From the IMG/VR virus record IMGVR_UViG_3300035670_000019, positions 32,001 through 96,000 of that record: a DNA stretch of 64,000 nt. The stretch is one strand, 5' to 3'. Origin of the DNA: a virus. The notes under the pieces are model-generated. The model did not search any database. It was not told where the DNA came from and saw only the letters and a list, made by a program, of their open reading frames with translations. A program made the translations under genes and the position numbers. Every line of letters starts with the position of its first letter. Position 1 is the stretch's first letter. Of the stretch, positions 61,076 through 64,000 are shown piece by piece.

Positions 61076-61398
61076 AAAAGTTACAAGCAACATTTAACGC
61101 AGTTATAGTTAAGCCTCGCGAAGAAGAAGAAACAATGTATGGAGGTATCATTGTACCCGATTTGGGTAAAGAAAAAGCACTTATTGGAACAATTGTCTCA
61201 ATTGGTGAAGGTTACCATTCAGCAACTGGTACTTGGATAGACACAAGTCTAAGAGTAGGAATGGAAGTAATGCTGCCTAGTATGGGTCCTAACAAAATTG
61301 AATTTGATGGACAAGAATATTGGGTATGCCCTGAAAACCAAGTGCTAGCAGTTATTGAGGATGCTAAAGAAGTTGAATTAGAAGTTACAAACAAATAA
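61072..61398 (+). CDS. groES: Co-chaperonin GroES
   Basis: VIVK...E..YGGIIVPD..KEK, GTIVSIGEG and VLAVI. Confidence 0.92.
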   Translation: MKKLQATFNAVIVKPREEEETMYGGIIVPDLGKEKALIGTIVSIGEGYHSATGTWIDTSLRVGMEVMLPSMGPNKIEFDGQEYWVCPENQVLAVIEDAKEVELEVTNK

Positions 61399-61404
61399 AA
61401 AGTT

Positions 61405-63024
61405 ATGAGTAAAATTATAGAATTCGGACCCGAAGCAAGGAAAAAACTCGTAAACGGTATCGATAAGTTGTCGAATGCTGTTACGTCAACATTAGGACCT
61501 AATGGCCGCAATGTTGTTATTTCAAACAATCAAGGCTACCCACAATCAACAAAAGATGGAGTGACAGTAGCTAAAACAATCACACTTGAAGATCCAATTG
61601 AAGAATTGGGTGCTCAACTTGTTAAACAAGCAGCTATTAAAACAGCTGATGGAGCGGGTGATGGTACAACCACTTCTACACTGTTGGCACAGGAGATGGT
61701 TAAAAACGGTTTAGTACACCTTAACAACGGTGTTAACGCTGTTAAAATCAAGCGTGATATTGATTCTGCTGTTAAAGAAGTAGTTAAGGAACTACGTAAA
61801 GGTATCTCACAAGACATTAGCTCTGAAGATCAACTTAAACAAGTTGCTACTATCTCAGCAAACAATGATCCTGAAGTGGGTGAATTGATTGCTACTGCAA
61901 TGCAAAAAGTAGGTCGTGAAGGTGTAGTTCACATTGAAGAATCAAAATCAGGTGAAACATATCTTGAAACAGTAGAAGGTATGCAGTTTGATCGAGGCTA
62001 TAAGTCACATTACTTTGTTACTGATAACAATACAATGACTTGTACTCTCGAGAATCCATTGATTCTTATTGCTGATAAGCGTTTTACTTCAATTAAAGAA
62101 CTACTCCCAGTACTAGAAGCAGTATCTAATCAAGGTAAACCATTGTTTATCATCGCTGAAGATTTAGATGGTGAAGCACTTGCTACACTTATTGTAAATA
62201 AGATGCGAGGTACTATTAAAGTATGTGCTGTTAAAGCTCCTGACTTTGGTGACCGTAGAAAATTGCTTTTGGACGACATTGCGATTTTGACAGGAGGTGA
62301 GGTATTTAGTACTGATAAGGGCATGAAGCTAGACAAATTCGATTGGAAATGGTTTGGCGAAGCTCGTTTAGTAACAGTAACAAAAGACCAAACAACAATT
62401 GTTGATGGAAAAGGAGAATCTGAGAGAATTCAAACACGTATTGAAGAATTACAACAACAAATCGAAAAAGCAAAGACCCCTTTCGAACAAGAAAAATTAC
62501 AAGAAAGGCTCGCGAAATTTGTCGGAGGAGTAGCAATCATTCACGTAGGAGGCAATACAGAAACCGAGGTTAAAGAAAAGAAAGACCGCGTGGACGATGC
62601 TTTGCAAGCCACTAAAGCCGCAATTGAAGAAGGTATTGTACCAGGTGGTGGCTCAGCTCTATTGTATGCTCGTGAAGCAATCACAAACGCAAATACTGTT
62701 GGTGGAGGAATTGTATGGAAAGCATGTTCTGCTCCATTTATGAAAATTCTTACTAATGCTGGCTATGAAGAAATGGAAGCATATCAGTTGATCAATAATA
62801 TGTTTAATGTTCGTGATAACTGGAGAGGTTATGATCTTGAAGCACAAAAGTTTGTTGATATGAAACAAGCTGGAATTATAGATCCCACCAAGGTCACAAG
62901 AACCGCAATTGAAAACGCGGCATCAGTAGCTGGAACAATTCTATTAACTGAATGTACTGTTGTAGACAAGCCTGAAGATAACAAACAGGATGATATGATG
63001 GCAGGAATGGGAGGAATGTATTAA
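61405..63024 (+). CDS. groEL: Chaperonin GroEL
   Basis: TLGPNGRNV, TKDGVTVAK, GDGTTT, EGMQFDRGY, KAPDFGDRRK, IIDPTKV and a GGM-type tail. Confidence 0.98.
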   Translation: MSKIIEFGPEARKKLVNGIDKLSNAVTSTLGPNGRNVVISNNQGYPQSTKDGVTVAKTITLEDPIEELGAQLVKQAAIKTADGAGDGTTTSTLLAQEMVKNGLVHLNNGVNAVKIKRDIDSAVKEVVKELRKGISQDISSEDQLKQVATISANNDPEVGELIATAMQKVGREGVVHIEESKSGETYLETVEGMQFDRGYKSHYFVTDNNTMTCTLENPLILIADKRFTSIKELLPVLEAVSNQGKPLFIIAEDLDGEALATLIVNKMRGTIKVCAVKAPDFGDRRKLLLDDIAILTGGEVFSTDKGMKLDKFDWKWFGEARLVTVTKDQTTIVDGKGESERIQTRIEELQQQIEKAKTPFEQEKLQERLAKFVGGVAIIHVGGNTETEVKEKKDRVDDALQATKAAIEEGIVPGGGSALLYAREAITNANTVGGGIVWKACSAPFMKILTNAGYEEMEAYQLINNMFNVRDNWRGYDLEAQKFVDMKQAGIIDPTKVTRTAIENAASVAGTILLTECTVVDKPEDNKQDDMMAGMGGMY

Positions 63025-63284
63025 TGAAAATCGAGATCCAAGAACAATTAGAACTAATCGCTACACGCGTTCCACCTGGAGACAGGTGGACGCTTGTAGG
63101 TGATAAGACTAAAGTATACAATTCAATAACTGATACTTTAGAAGCGTATTTTCAACTAACTAGGAGAGCATGTGAATATAGATTAGCTCCTTTAAAAGGT
63201 GAGTTATATGCTGTTCATTCTCAAGAAGTTGAAATTGCACCTGAACCACCTAAACGCTATGATATTTATGGAGACTATCAATAA
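63024..63284 (+). CDS. Hypothetical protein
   Basis: 86 aa with TAATG overlap to groEL; IATRVPPGDRW. Confidence 0.75.
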   Translation: MKIEIQEQLELIATRVPPGDRWTLVGDKTKVYNSITDTLEAYFQLTRRACEYRLAPLKGELYAVHSQEVEIAPEPPKRYDIYGDYQ

Positions 63285-63319
63285 AGGTAGTAATATGTAT
63301 AATAAAACATACTAATACA

Positions 63320-63592
63320 ATGAATAAAGAGTTTCTTAAAATGCAAAAATTGGCTGGTTTGATTACTGAAAGCCAAGTAGAAGAAATAATAGGTGATATT
63401 GATGATACTCCATCCCCTGATGGAAAATTTAACCCAATGGATTACGCTGATGATCCTGGGTATAGCAGTGATAAGGTTGCTTTTTTAGCAAACGCCTTTC
63501 AATATATTTGGAATATGGGTAAAGGTAATAATAAGATTGATTTTGAAGATATGGCTAAATCCACTATTGAAGATTTAGAAACCAGATTTTAA
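63320..63592 (+). CDS. Putative internal head protein with a scaffold-like KMQKLAGLITE leader
   Basis: Late motif at 63293 and a terminator after it. The leader matches the scaffold C-terminus RMQQLAGL. Confidence 0.7.
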   Translation: MNKEFLKMQKLAGLITESQVEEIIGDIDDTPSPDGKFNPMDYADDPGYSSDKVAFLANAFQYIWNMGKGNNKIDFEDMAKSTIEDLETRF

Positions 63593-63618
63593 TAATCTTT
63601 AATACAATACTTTAAACT

Positions 63619-63651
63619 AGGCTTGGGAAACCAGGCCTTTTTTATTATATT
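63619..63651 (+). terminator. Terminator hairpin overlapping a TTGGGA-N17-TATATT promoter
   Basis: AGGCTTGG-GAAA-CCAGGCCT-TTTTTATTATATT. Confidence 0.85.
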
Positions 63652-63707
63652 AAGTTATAAACACATTTGATGAAAGGGGAGATGGTGTATATTTATAATA
63701 AAATAAT

Positions 63708-64000
63708 ATGAAAGAATATACATGCCCATCATGTGGTAGCACTAAATTTTTAAAAGAAAATTCCCATTATGAAGCAACTCGATTAAAAAGAATTTGTAAA
63801 AGTTGTGCTATGAAAAAATGGCAAGATAAAAAATACGGCAAAAAAGAAATATATAAATTTAATAGCACTTGCCCTAACTGCAAACAAACCAAAACCCATA
63901 CATATAAAAATCCATTAAGCCCTACCCAGGCTCAAACCTTATCAAACAGATTATCATCTCAATTATGTTATTCATGCTCAAATTCAGAGTATTATGTTTT
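63708..64000 (+). CDS. Cys-rich zinc-finger protein, possibly the N-terminus of another homing endonuclease (3'-truncated)
   Basis: MKEYTCPSCG...ICKSC...TCPNC...LCYSC; open to the window end; late motif at 63689. Confidence 0.65.
   Translation, partial: MKEYTCPSCGSTKFLKENSHYEATRLKRICKSCAMKKWQDKKYGKKEIYKFNSTCPNCKQTKTHTYKNPLSPTQAQTLSNRLSSQLCYSCSNSEYYV

Noticed and set aside
963-63121. All minus-strand ORFs in the track (e.g. 4252-4722, 12382-12951, 28752-29540)
   Set aside because: They are antisense shadows of well-supported + strand genes, with low-complexity translations and no promoter or start context.
1-64000. Stop-codon reassignment (TAG/TGA), as in some Bacteroidota phages
   Set aside because: Conserved genes are full length in the standard code, and TAG (21376, 23011) and TGA (2137, 53332) end genes at sensible positions.
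1-64000. tRNA or rRNA genes
   Set aside because: Intergenic gaps are short and I saw no cloverleaf or T-loop (GTTCRA) in a suitable context; tRNAscan-SE would confirm.

Overview
This is an AT-rich, densely coded 64-kb segment of a large T4-like (Far-T4-type) myovirus. Every credible gene is on the + strand. The host is probably Bacteroidota (inferred from A-rich start contexts that mostly lack a Shine-Dalgarno, a TTG-N20-TATATT promoter form and a Bacteroidota-type lipoprotein). 1-37 kb is virion morphogenesis: portal, prohead protease, scaffold, major capsid, PhoH, neck, repeat-rich tail fibres, Gly-rich adhesins, sheath, tube, a chaperone pair with a probable frameshift, tape measure and baseplate. 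37-46 kb is replication and nucleotide metabolism: short family-A polymerase, SSB, RecA/UvsX, 5'-3' exonuclease, helicase, NrdB and NrdA. 49-59 kb is a 7-deazaguanine DNA-modification cluster (DpdA-like, QueC, QueD, QueE, FolE) interleaved with HPRT, two thioredoxins and a MazG-like pyrophosphatase, and it runs directly into a family-B polymerase. 59-64 kb holds the sliding clamp, GroES/GroEL and small late cassettes. Two promoter classes can be read from the DNA: ATATKTAT(A) before structural genes, and TTGG/TTGC-N17-TATATT before replication genes, the latter often built into terminator hairpins. The best candidates for new biology are (1) late-expressed 'capsid cargo' cassettes whose N-terminal leaders repeat each other or copy the scaffold C-terminus, and (2) a possibly pre-replicative deazaguanine route (HPRT + MazG + two polymerases). 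All functional calls come from motif recognition by eye; no database searches were run.
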